A DNA stretch of 64,000 nucleotides from Candidatus Gottesmanbacteria bacterium GW2011_GWA2_43_14 (GTDB taxonomy: Bacteria > Patescibacteriota > Microgenomatia > 2-02-FULL-39-11). The translations under genes were made by a program, and so were the position numbers. Shown in pieces: positions 47,895 to 56,537 of this stretch. The DNA lies in the NCBI GenBank assembly GCA_000999095.1, contig LCFP01000003.1, positions 93,437 to 157,436 of the forward strand, in the 5' to 3' direction. The notes under the pieces are model-generated. The model worked only from the letters and a program-made list of their open reading frames with translations, did no database searches and was not told the DNA's origin. Position 1 is the stretch's first letter, and each line of letters starts with the position of its first letter.

Positions 47895-48949
47895 CTTAAG
47901 GAGGCTTTCAATTTCAGGTAGATTTCCCTAAGCTGCTGGAGCCCGTTAAAAAGACGGTAGGTGAGAGGTTTGGCAGTCAGGTCAAAACTGCCGGCAAATT
48001 CGGTCAGTTTGGCGCCGTAGCCTTCCTTGAATTTATGAAAACCGTACCAGGGATCTTTGGGATCGGGATCGGGATCGAGGGCCCCCCACATATCGAACAA
48101 ATTGGCGCCGTGCTTTTTGCCGTAGCGGATCACTTCCCACATCATCAGATTGGAGGGCATAAACTGGCGCAATTGAAGGGATGAGGCGCCGTAGGGATAA
48201 TATAAAACGCCGTTGAAGAGAAATACGATCCAGGCGACCAAAACTTTTTCATCTTCGCCGCCGCCGTGTTTGGCCAATAAAAGCCGGGCAATGCCGGTTG
48301 GGTGCATCGTTTCCCACATAAGCCTGTGGTATTTCTCCGTATGGGCAAAAAACTTCTGTCTGATGGTTGTCTCTTTTAACAGTTGAAGATAGGTTTCGAA
48401 GGCTTCAGGGGAATTGTCTTCAATTATGCGGATGCCTTTTTTTTGCGAGAGGCGGATATTGTAGCGGGTTTTGGGATGCATGGCGGAAAGGAGCAGGTCT
48501 TCGGAGGCAGTCAGGTCGAGGCGGAATGTATAGCGGGTGAAAAGGGGATGGGGGGAAGGCAGCAGGTGTTTAACGACGTCAACGCCTGCGTGAAAATCTT
48601 TCTTTTCGATATCCGGCTCCAATTTGATTAAAATGGCATTTTTTTGATCGCCCAATTCCGTAAGTTTTCGAATAAGCTCACCAGAGGGAATTTTGCCTTT
48701 GGGAAAATAGCCGATTGAGTAGGAAGTAAAAGGAACGGGATGAAATGTCACCAGGGCAGTTTCCGTTAATTTATCCTTTACATACCTGCCTAGCCTGACG
48801 ACATCGATACCGGTTTTTAAGCGGAATTCCCCCCATTCCCATGACTGGAGCGGATGGCCGGCCACTTTATTGAAGGCAACCCGTTCATTTTTTTCAACTA
48901 TGCGGATCATTTTAATGTTATTATAATCTGAGAGAGCTATGGTAAACAA
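47891..48949 (-). CDS. FemAB/FemX-family peptidyl (aminoacyl-tRNA-dependent) transferase
   Basis: LQSWEWGEFR near the N-terminus and the C-terminal GFHKFKEGYGAK. 4-nt overlap with the paralog. Confidence 0.65.
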   Translation of the reverse strand: MFTIALSDYNNIKMIRIVEKNERVAFNKVAGHPLQSWEWGEFRLKTGIDVVRLGRYVKDKLTETALVTFHPVPFTSYSIGYFPKGKIPSGELIRKLTELGDQKNAILIKLEPDIEKKDFHAGVDVVKHLLPSPHPLFTRYTFRLDLTASEDLLLSAMHPKTRYNIRLSQKKGIRIIEDNSPEAFETYLQLLKETTIRQKFFAHTEKYHRLMWETMHPTGIARLLLAKHGGGEDEKVLVAWIVFLFNGVLYYPYGASSLQLRQFMPSNLMMWEVIRYGKKHGANLFDMWGALDPDPDPKDPWYGFHKFKEGYGAKLTEFAGSFDLTAKPLTYRLFNGLQQLREIYLKLKASLR

Positions 48950-49340
48950 AAAGAAGGGAAGAAAATTCCGGATCCATTATATCCCCTTAATTGTCATCGC
49001 CGTCCTTCTGGGCATCATCTACACTAGTATTGTCAGTCGAGAAACTCTGGATTCCCGGTCAGTCAATATTACCCTCCGGTCAAAAGACGAGCTGGATGCG
49101 GATTATTATGAAGATATGGCCAAAACAGATCTTGCCGATAAATTGAGTATACCGATATCGGAAATAAAGACTGTTCAAACGGAAAAAACGGAATTTAATG
49201 ACACAAGTTTAGGTTGTCCCGAGAAAAATAAATTTTATGCCCAGGTCATAACACCGGGTTTTAATATTACATTGTCAGCTAGGGAGAAAGCTTATGATTA
49301 TCACGCGGGATCAGAAAAAGTCGTGATATGTCCTCTCTAA
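48939..49340 (+). CDS. membrane-anchored hypothetical protein
   Basis: Basic N-terminus, one TM (IPLIVIAVLLGIIY), and a short extracytoplasmic domain. Confidence 0.35.
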   Translation: MVNKKKGRKFRIHYIPLIVIAVLLGIIYTSIVSRETLDSRSVNITLRSKDELDADYYEDMAKTDLADKLSIPISEIKTVQTEKTEFNDTSLGCPEKNKFYAQVITPGFNITLSAREKAYDYHAGSEKVVICPL

Positions 49341-51122
49341 CAGGTTCTCGGGAATTTCCGAGAGGAATCGGGAAACCATATTCTGGGATCTTTGACCGAA
49401 ATAAAGCCTTCTTCTGGCATAGGTTAAATATAATTTTTCTTTAGCCCGCGTCAATCCGACATAACACAGTCTTCTTTCCTCCTCAATTTCATCGGGGTCC
49501 ATCAAAGTCATCGAATGGGGGAATAGCCCCTCTTCCATGCCGACCAGAAAAATGGTTTTGAACTCCAGGCCTTTGGCGGCATGCATGGTCATCAGGGTGA
49601 CCTTTTCCCCTTCAGCATCCCCGGCTGTCACATCCGGGGTATATTCCTGTTCGATCAAGGCGACATTTTCCAGGAACATGTCGATGTCAGGGAATTCCGA
49701 AGCCACACTTCGCAGTTCTTTGATGTTTTCCAGCCTGGCCAATTCTTCCGGATTTTTTTTATCATACAAGTCAGGATAAAAGGTGGCTTCCATTATTTCG
49801 TCAAGAAGGGTCAGGGTATTTTTCCCGGCATTTTTTTTCCCGGAATTTTTTTCCAGATAGCGGAAAAATTTCTCCAGCCTTCTTTTGCCGATTTTTTCCG
49901 CCCGTTTAAGGGAAACGGATTCTTTGGGATTAACCGTCAGCCGAAGGTATGCCAAAACGTCTTTGATTTCCTTTCTTTCATAAAAGCGGGTGCCGCCGAC
50001 TAAGATATAGGGGATGCCGCGGTGCAGAAGGACTTCTTCGATGATGCGGCTTTGGGCATTGGTCCTGTAAAGAACGGCTGTTTCAGAAAGCCGGTAACCG
50101 GTCAACTCGTCGGCAATAAAACCGGCTTCGTCATGCTCGTTGGCCGCTTCATAAATTCTGATGGGGTAGCCGCTGCCTTTGTCAGTCCACAATTTGAGAA
50201 TGGGGTGGGTAATGTTTTTGGATATGACGGCATGGGCGGCATCGAGGATATTTTGGCTTGAGCGGTAATTCTTTTCCAGATGATAGACTGCCGTTTCGGG
50301 AAAATCCTGCTGGAAGCGGTTGATATTCCTGTAATCGGCTCCCCGCCAGGCATAGATGCTTTGCGACGCGTCGCCGACTACGGTCAGGTTTTTTCTGTCG
50401 CCGGCCAGAAGTTTGACCAGTTCGTATTGCGCCTTGTTGGTATCCTGATATTCGTCGACCAGTATGAACTGGAAGATACGGCGGTATTTTTCCAGAATCT
50501 GTTTATCATTTTGAAAAAGCCTGACGATTGTAAAAATCAGATCTTCAAAATCCAAAGCCCTGTTTTCCCGGAGAATTTCCTGGTAGACCGGATACAGGCG
50601 AGCAACTTCCTCCTGGAAATAGCCCCGGGCAAAACTTTGATATTCCACAGAGTCGATCAGCTCGTTTTTTGCCTGGGAGATGGTGGCGGCCACGGCATTG
50701 GGACTGATGCTTTTTTTATCGATGGACAGTTTATTCATGGCCTCAATGACAGCTTCCCTGGTATCGATGTCGTCATAAATTAAAAAGTTGACGGGAATAC
50801 CGATGTGTTTTCCCTCCAGCCTTAACAGCCTGGCCGACAACGAATGGAAGGTTGTCATCAGGGGCAGACCATGTGTTGAACGGGGGGAAATTTTGAGAAG
50901 ATGCCTTATCCTGTCCTGCATTTCCCTGGCGGCTTTATTGGTAAAGGTGACCATCAGAATATTTTCCGGTCGTATGCCTTCGGAAACCAGATAAGCGACT
51001 TTAAAAGTCAGCACCCTGGTTTTACCGCTGCCGGCTCCGGCCAAAATAAGACTCGGTCCGGCAATGTGTTTTACCGCCGTCTGCTGATCAGGGTTTAATT
51101 GTTCCAGCAGGTTATTTTCCAT
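49311..51122 (-). CDS. pcrA: ATP-dependent DNA helicase PcrA/UvrD
   Basis: LNPDQQTAVKHIAGPSLILAGAGSGKTRVLT, ILVDEYQDTN, YRSSQNIL and MTMHAAKGLEFKTIFLVGMEEGLFP...YVGLTRAKEKLYLT. Start taken at MENNLLEQ. Confidence 0.85.
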   Translation of the reverse strand: MENNLLEQLNPDQQTAVKHIAGPSLILAGAGSGKTRVLTFKVAYLVSEGIRPENILMVTFTNKAAREMQDRIRHLLKISPRSTHGLPLMTTFHSLSARLLRLEGKHIGIPVNFLIYDDIDTREAVIEAMNKLSIDKKSISPNAVAATISQAKNELIDSVEYQSFARGYFQEEVARLYPVYQEILRENRALDFEDLIFTIVRLFQNDKQILEKYRRIFQFILVDEYQDTNKAQYELVKLLAGDRKNLTVVGDASQSIYAWRGADYRNINRFQQDFPETAVYHLEKNYRSSQNILDAAHAVISKNITHPILKLWTDKGSGYPIRIYEAANEHDEAGFIADELTGYRLSETAVLYRTNAQSRIIEEVLLHRGIPYILVGGTRFYERKEIKDVLAYLRLTVNPKESVSLKRAEKIGKRRLEKFFRYLEKNSGKKNAGKNTLTLLDEIMEATFYPDLYDKKNPEELARLENIKELRSVASEFPDIDMFLENVALIEQEYTPDVTAGDAEGEKVTLMTMHAAKGLEFKTIFLVGMEEGLFPHSMTLMDPDEIEEERRLCYVGLTRAKEKLYLTYARRRLYFGQRSQNMVSRFLSEIPENLLERTYHDFF

Positions 51123-51143
51123 GATACAATGATTAATCATATC

Positions 51144-51824
51144 ATGGTAAAGAAAGACCTTTTGATTGCCGGCAATTGGAAATGCAATAAAACAAAAGAT
51201 CAGGCGGCTGATTTTTTCCGGGTTTTTTCGGATAAAATCAAAGAAGCCGATAAACCCCCTAACGTTGAAGCGGTGATCTTTCCGTCCCTTATTCATCTCG
51301 ATTTGGCCAATGAGTTGGTGAAAAAATTAAGTCTTCCCATTCAGCTGGGGGCGCAAAATATCTCGGCTTTTCCCGAAGGGGCTTTTACCGGAGAAGTGGC
51401 GGCCGGCCAACTCAAAGAAGTGGCGCAATATGTTTTGATCGGGCATTCGGAAAGAAGAATCAACCAAAAAGAAGATGACAGGCTTTTAGCGGAAAAAGCG
51501 GCCAGAGCCAGGGAAGCCGGTTTAAAAATAATCTATTGCGTCTCCCAGTTATCTGACAATTTGGCTGATGTGGCGGATGTGATCGCTTATGAACCCGTCT
51601 GGGCAATCGGGACCGGCAAGGCTGCCACGCCCGAAGACGCTGAAGAGAAAGCACGCGCCATCAAAAACCGACAACCGAAGGTGAAAGTACTGTATGGAGG
51701 CAGCGTCAGTCCGGAAAATATCAGGGACTTTCTGAAAATGCCCTCAGTCGACGGAGTGCTCCCCGGCAAAACGAGTTTGGACCCGGCCCTTTTTTACAGC
51801 ATGCTGAAAAATGCCGCCTTTTAA
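51144..51824 (+). CDS. tpiA: triose-phosphate isomerase
   Basis: LIAGNWKCNKT, IGHSERR, AYEPVWAIGTGKAAT and YGGSV. Confidence 0.9.
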   Translation: MVKKDLLIAGNWKCNKTKDQAADFFRVFSDKIKEADKPPNVEAVIFPSLIHLDLANELVKKLSLPIQLGAQNISAFPEGAFTGEVAAGQLKEVAQYVLIGHSERRINQKEDDRLLAEKAARAREAGLKIIYCVSQLSDNLADVADVIAYEPVWAIGTGKAATPEDAEEKARAIKNRQPKVKVLYGGSVSPENIRDFLKMPSVDGVLPGKTSLDPALFYSMLKNAAF

Positions 51825-52905
51825 AAGAAAGCTTTTGAAGTTTAAGAAACCTCTCCTTACCGTCTTTTTGGCGGCAATTGCCTTGGGCTTTTTATATTTT
51901 TCGCTGAAAGTCTACCTGCCTATATATTCTTTCAGCAAAACCAACGGCCTTAATTTTAAGACAGCCGTGAATCTTTTAACTGACAAGAAGGGTAGCCTTT
52001 TAAAAAAAACGGACGGGAGGACAAATATTCTTCTTTTAGGCATAAGCGGAGGTAAACACGAAGGCGCGGAGCTGACAGACTCCATAATTTTTCTGAGTAT
52101 CCATCCGGAAAATAAAGATAATGTGATGATTTCAATTCCGAGGGATATTTGGCTGCCGTCTTTAAAAACAAAAATAAACTCCACCTACTATTACGGCGAA
52201 TCCAAAAGAACAGGCGGGGGCATGACCCTGACCAAAAGCGCCGTTTCCGAAGTTTTCGGCCAGCCTGTCCATTATGCGGTCCTGATCGATTTTGCCACGT
52301 TCAGGGATGTCATTGATTCTTTGGGCGGTATCGATGTTTATGTTGAATCGGCTTTTGAGGATAAGAAATTTCCCATTCCGGGCAAGGAAAATGATTTTTG
52401 CGGAGGTGACTCAGAATATAAATGCCGCTATGAATCCATAAGTTTCGGTCAGGGTTGGCAACATCTGGACGGGGACAAAGCCCTGAAATTCGTCCGTTCC
52501 AGAAATGCCGAGAACGGTGAGGGTAATGATTTCTCCAGAGGACGCCGGCAGCAGTTGGTTCTCAAGGCGGTAGCTCAAAAAATAAGAAAATCGCTGTCTT
52601 TCAACAATCTCAACCGGGCAAAAGAACTGTCTCAGGACCTGACTGAAGCCATTGATACCGACCTTAACATTTCCGAAATGCTGTTTTTGGGAAAATACCT
52701 GATGGAGGAAGGTGCTGACGAATTCCGGCAGATAAGGCTCGACACGGGAGACGATCAGAAAAATATCAAAGGCATTCTGGAAAATCCCCCGACCTGGCAA
52801 TATGACGGACAATGGGTATTAGTCCCCAAAGACACCGATTACGATAAATTTGAAGAGTACCTAGACTGCCACCTGGACAGCCCCGGCTGCAAACTGGAAC
52901 CCTGA
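51811..52905 (+). CDS. LytR-CpsA-Psr (LCP) family cell-wall polymer transferase
   Basis: TM anchor, NILLLGISGG, DSIIFLSIHP, ISIPRDIWL and GDKALKFVRSRN. Confidence 0.8.
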   Translation: MPPFKRKLLKFKKPLLTVFLAAIALGFLYFSLKVYLPIYSFSKTNGLNFKTAVNLLTDKKGSLLKKTDGRTNILLLGISGGKHEGAELTDSIIFLSIHPENKDNVMISIPRDIWLPSLKTKINSTYYYGESKRTGGGMTLTKSAVSEVFGQPVHYAVLIDFATFRDVIDSLGGIDVYVESAFEDKKFPIPGKENDFCGGDSEYKCRYESISFGQGWQHLDGDKALKFVRSRNAENGEGNDFSRGRRQQLVLKAVAQKIRKSLSFNNLNRAKELSQDLTEAIDTDLNISEMLFLGKYLMEEGADEFRQIRLDTGDDQKNIKGILENPPTWQYDGQWVLVPKDTDYDKFEEYLDCHLDSPGCKLEP

Positions 52906-52910
52906 CCGGG

Positions 52911-52942
52911 ATGTGTCTAGCTGTATCACACCTGGTGTGATA
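52911..52942. repeat. REP-like palindromic element copy 3 (ATGTGTCTAGCTGTATCACACCTGGTGTGATAT)
   Basis: Read directly. It lies 5 nt after the LCP stop and upstream of the RAYT-like gene. Confidence 0.65.
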
Positions 52943-52945
52943 TAG

Positions 52946-52975
52946 ATTGACACGTTCCGGAAATTATTTCATATT
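52946..52975 (+). promoter_or_regulatory. candidate promoter for the RAYT-like gene (TTGACA-17-CATATT)
   Basis: TTGACA at 52946-52951, a 17-nt spacer, then CATATT. A GTG start follows at 52982. Confidence 0.3.
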
Positions 52976-52981
52976 AAAAGT

Positions 52982-53656
52982 GTGACAACCAGAAAACTGC
53001 CAATAGTTACCAGCGAGATATACCACATATTTAACAGAAGTGTAGGGCAGCAACCGATATTCAGGAATATCTATGAAAATAAACTGTTTGTCGAACTAAT
53101 CGAATACTATCATTTTTTTCATACCAATCTCCGTTTTTCTTACTACAACCGTTTGCCGAAGGATCAAAGAGATAAGATTTTAAAAGACCTGTACATTAAG
53201 AAGTTATTCAATATTGAAATATATTCTTTTTCTCTTATGCCAAACCACTTTCATCTATTGGCAATGCAAAAATCTGAAAAAGGCATAAGTAACTTTGTCA
53301 GATGTCTTCAAGACAGTTATGCAAAATATTTCAATATGAAAAATAAAAGAGAAGGCGCTTTATTTCAGTCACCGTTTAAAAGTGTCAGAATGGAAACTGA
53401 AGAACAACTTTTACATGTTTCCAGATATATACATCTCAATCCTTTGACATCTTATGTTTTAAGAAATAAAGAAGATTTAATTAATTATCAATGGAATTCG
53501 TTCAGAGATTATGTCAGTGCTTCTCCAAGACGCTTTATAAAAACAAATCTGATTAGTTCATTTTTTAATAAGAACAATAGTTTTGAGGAATTTACTTTTA
53601 ACCAACTGGATTATCAGAGAAAATTAAAAATGGTGAAACACCTGATTTTGGAATGA
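52982..53656 (+). CDS. REP-associated tyrosine transposase (RAYT) / IS200-like HUH transposase
   Basis: HUH motif in SLMPNHFHLLAMQ, and a catalytic-Tyr block VSRYIHLNPLTSYV (YIHxNP). AT-rich versus flanks, and flanked on both sides by the palindromic element. Confidence 0.65.
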   Translation: MTTRKLPIVTSEIYHIFNRSVGQQPIFRNIYENKLFVELIEYYHFFHTNLRFSYYNRLPKDQRDKILKDLYIKKLFNIEIYSFSLMPNHFHLLAMQKSEKGISNFVRCLQDSYAKYFNMKNKREGALFQSPFKSVRMETEEQLLHVSRYIHLNPLTSYVLRNKEDLINYQWNSFRDYVSASPRRFIKTNLISSFFNKNNSFEEFTFNQLDYQRKLKMVKHLILE

Positions 53657-53662
53657 TCCCGG

Positions 53663-53695
53663 ATGTGTCTAGCTGTATCACACCTGGTGTGATAC
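53663..53695. repeat. REP-like palindromic element copy 4
   Basis: ATGTGTCTAGCTGTATCACACCTGGTGTGATAC. It shares the G variant with copy 3. Confidence 0.65.
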
Positions 53696-53701
53696 GGATG
53701 A

Positions 53702-55090
53702 TTAGAGTTTGAGGAGGAATTTGGAGCCGACTAATAGCAGGGTCAGCCCGCTGCCTAAAAGAAAACCCGTAAAGGTAGTGACTCCTGATCTTGGCGGCAG
53801 ATCGATCTGCCCTGCCCCGGTAGGAGTCGGGGGTTCCGGCGTCGGGGTTGGCGTTTCAGTCGGCGTCGGTGACGGTGTCGGCGTTTCAGTCGGCGTCGGG
53901 GTTTCAGTAACCTCAACCTCCTCCGCGGGGGTTGCGGATGGGGGAGTATCTGTGGGAGTTTCCGAAGCTGACGGTGTAGCGTCTCCAAGAACAGCTTCAC
54001 CGCTTTTTAATACAGCGAACTTCCGGCTCAATGTTGTCGGCCGTCCGTATTTGTCCGTGCTTTGGATGCGGATTTCGTGAATGCCCGGTTCCAGGGCTTT
54101 TTTCGGGCGGAAACTCCAGGTACCGTCAGCTCCGACAGTCAAAGAAACGGTCTGCGGAGTGGACATAACGGTAACCGTTATTTTCTCGCCGGGAATACCG
54201 ACCCCCCGCAAAACCGGTTGGCGGTCGGCTGTGGCATCCATTTCCGACCTGGGGAAATAAAAACCGACACCGTTTTCCGGAATTTGGGCTGGTTTGCGGG
54301 CTGTTTCCCGGCCTAAAATTACGGAAGATTTATTTTCAGGGCTGTTTGGTAAAAAATTATACCTCTTGCCGATCTGCATGTCCGGCAGCATTCCCTGTTT
54401 CACGGTCGCCAGATCAGTCACGGCTGATGAATAATCCCGGCTGTTTTCCTTTACGGTGATCTGGATCTGCGAGCTGTCGTCAAGATAAGGCCTGGAGAGA
54501 AAGTCCTGGGTCCTCAGATTGTTTAAGGGAATTACCCACATGCCCAGCCGGTCGCTCCAGGCGGATAACGGGCTGGCCTGTCCGACCAACAGATAAACAA
54601 GCAAATTTTCCGCCGGACTGCCATCTCTTGCGAGTATCCTGCCTTTGACAGGCGGCAGTTCCAAAGAAGCCGGTAAGGGCACGCCCGTTTTTTGCACAAA
54701 CTCGGGACATTTTTCCCTGAAAGGACAACCGCTTCCTCCGGAGAATATTTTCAATGTGTATTCCCGGTCGGCATGCAAATTTTTTACCGAAAAAACATGC
54801 TGCGTTCGCTCCCGGGGATTGCCGTCGCTGTCCCGTTCATCGAGAAGGGAAGTCCTGACGCCTTCTCCGCTGACGGACACTGAAGTAATAACCGCTTTTT
54901 CCGTCAGGAAGGAAAGAGAAAGCGAATTGTCCGTTATATTGGTAATGTGAACGTCAGCCGGCGAAGGCAGGTCTTCGGCATTGGTGGTGAGCTGTTTGAA
55001 TGTGCCGTCGAAATAGACGGTTAAGCCTATACCGGCGAACAAAATGAACAGGGCTAGAAGTGTGGGAATTTTTCTTTGTTTACGGTACAT
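53702..55090 (-). CDS. cell-surface protein with Ig/FN3-like domains, Thr/Pro-rich linker and C-terminal hydrophobic anchor
   Basis: N-terminal signal/anchor. TPTPTETPTPSPTPTETPTPTPEPPTPT linker, then DLPPRSG + hydrophobic segment + KFLLKL, which resembles a sorting-signal/anchor architecture. Confidence 0.45.
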   Translation of the reverse strand: MYRKQRKIPTLLALFILFAGIGLTVYFDGTFKQLTTNAEDLPSPADVHITNITDNSLSLSFLTEKAVITSVSVSGEGVRTSLLDERDSDGNPRERTQHVFSVKNLHADREYTLKIFSGGSGCPFREKCPEFVQKTGVPLPASLELPPVKGRILARDGSPAENLLVYLLVGQASPLSAWSDRLGMWVIPLNNLRTQDFLSRPYLDDSSQIQITVKENSRDYSSAVTDLATVKQGMLPDMQIGKRYNFLPNSPENKSSVILGRETARKPAQIPENGVGFYFPRSEMDATADRQPVLRGVGIPGEKITVTVMSTPQTVSLTVGADGTWSFRPKKALEPGIHEIRIQSTDKYGRPTTLSRKFAVLKSGEAVLGDATPSASETPTDTPPSATPAEEVEVTETPTPTETPTPSPTPTETPTPTPEPPTPTGAGQIDLPPRSGVTTFTGFLLGSGLTLLLVGSKFLLKL

Positions 55091-55283
55091 AATTGATTTC
55101 CCTTCTGCCCTGGAGCTGGCCTATGATTGTCATGTCAAAATTGGGAGTTAGAGCTTCAGTTTTTTTAGCTTCGGCCAGGCCGGTTGTATCACTGTATTTG
55201 GCATGATAAACGCCGAAAACGACCCAGGCAACTACCGTCGAAAAGGTAATAATGGCCAATATGTAAAGTTCTTTACGGTTCAT
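55080..55283 (-). CDS. small single-TM protein
   Basis: 67 aa with one TM helix. Overlaps both neighbours by 4-11 nt. Confidence 0.3.
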   Translation of the reverse strand: MNRKELYILAIITFSTVVAWVVFGVYHAKYSDTTGLAEAKKTEALTPNFDMTIIGQLQGRREINYVP

Positions 55284-55935
55284 AATATGCAGAGCCTTTG
55301 GCGGTAATTCTTAATATGCCGCTTGATGTCCCGCCTTCATGGGCTATATCCAATGATTCCAGCGTGATTATGCGCTGCCAATTGAGTATATCATCCAGGT
55401 AGTTTTTGATATTTTCATATGAGCCGTTTCCGATGAGTATAAAGTTCATTTTCTGAAGTTTTTGTTTTTCACTGAGGGTAGAAATCGGGGCGGAGTCTAT
55501 TTGCAGCTGGTTGATATTAAAACCGTTGGCCAGCGCAGATTCTTCCAAACCGCGGGAAAGCGAGGTGAAATCGGCATTTCGCGGTAAAGCCAGGTCAATC
55601 AGCGAGATGCCGTCCCTGACTTTTTCATATTCACTTTGGGCTCTGATAATTAAACTTATCTGGTTTTCATAATCCAGATTCCGGTTTTTAAGATCATTGA
55701 CTTCTTTGATCAGGGAAACTGCCGTTATCAGAGTCGGCCGGATGGCAAACAGGCCGAAAAATGACAGGCAAAAAAGAGATAAAGTAATCGTGAAATAGGA
55801 TGCCGTTTTACTGTTTTTCAAAACAGGTTTAAATCTCTGGCGAGTTTTTATCAGGAGGTTGTTTTTTGCGTCAAATAAGGACATATCGTTTTTTTTAAAC
55901 TTTCCTGGCAAGGTTTGCCTGGACCCTGAATTCAA
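55273..55935 (-). CDS. PilO-like pilus assembly protein
   Basis: Short cytoplasmic N-terminus, one TM, coiled-coil, then an alpha/beta periplasmic-type domain. Lies downstream of the PilN-like gene. Confidence 0.4.
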   Translation of the reverse strand: MNSGSRQTLPGKFKKNDMSLFDAKNNLLIKTRQRFKPVLKNSKTASYFTITLSLFCLSFFGLFAIRPTLITAVSLIKEVNDLKNRNLDYENQISLIIRAQSEYEKVRDGISLIDLALPRNADFTSLSRGLEESALANGFNINQLQIDSAPISTLSEKQKLQKMNFILIGNGSYENIKNYLDDILNWQRIITLESLDIAHEGGTSSGILRITAKGSAYYEP

Positions 55936-56458
55936 CTTTGCCGTCGGGAAGCCTTTTCAAATCTTCCAGTTGGACATCCGAGAAGATCTCGTCTTCCTGG
56001 ATATTTTTTAATAGGACATTAAAACTGGTCAGACTGTCGGAAACTGCCGTAAATCTGACTTTTGATTTGCTGAATGAGAGGAGGTTGAAGTTCGTATCAG
56101 CCGGAGTTTTGTTTTCCAGAAAATTTATTGTCTGAAGGATAGCATCGTAATTCCCGGTGATGCTTTTAATATCGGCCAGGCTTTTTTGGACCCTGATGAT
56201 TTCATTGTTCACTTCGGCAATGGAGCCGACTAAGGCTTCTTTTTGTCCGACTGATTCCTTCAGGTCAGTCCGATCGCGGTCAAGCTTGAACCTTCCGAAA
56301 AAGACCGACAGGACGACAATCTGGATGATGATAATAATATAGCGGCCGTAAGTCAGAGCCCAATTGAGGAATTGGGAAGACAGGCTTTCTTCCTTGGCCT
56401 TTTGGACAAGCAGGTTAATTTCCGTTTTGCTTTTTTTACTTTGTCCCATACAAAACAA
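55895..56458 (-). CDS. PilN-like pilus assembly protein
   Basis: N-terminal EINLLVQK (the INLLP-type PilM-binding motif), TM, then coiled-coil. Confidence 0.5.
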   Translation of the reverse strand: MFCMGQSKKSKTEINLLVQKAKEESLSSQFLNWALTYGRYIIIIIQIVVLSVFFGRFKLDRDRTDLKESVGQKEALVGSIAEVNNEIIRVQKSLADIKSITGNYDAILQTINFLENKTPADTNFNLLSFSKSKVRFTAVSDSLTSFNVLLKNIQEDEIFSDVQLEDLKRLPDGKVEFRVQANLARKV

Positions 56459-56537
56459 AAGGATGGTTAAATCCTTAAATGCGATCTACTTATCCATTAT
56501 ACAGAAAATCAGAAACGGGAAAACTGGGAGAAAGGAA

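Larger units (their letters stand above)
52911..53695 (+). mobile_element. REP - RAYT - REP unit (domesticated IS200-like system)
   Basis: Two same-orientation copies of the 33-bp hairpin element bracket the 224-aa HUH transposase gene. Three more solitary copies occur at gene 3' ends elsewhere in the window. Confidence 0.45.

Noticed and set aside
49537-50783. Several plus-strand ORFs (80-167 aa) inside pcrA
   Set aside because: All are antisense to the helicase gene, whose motifs are intact.
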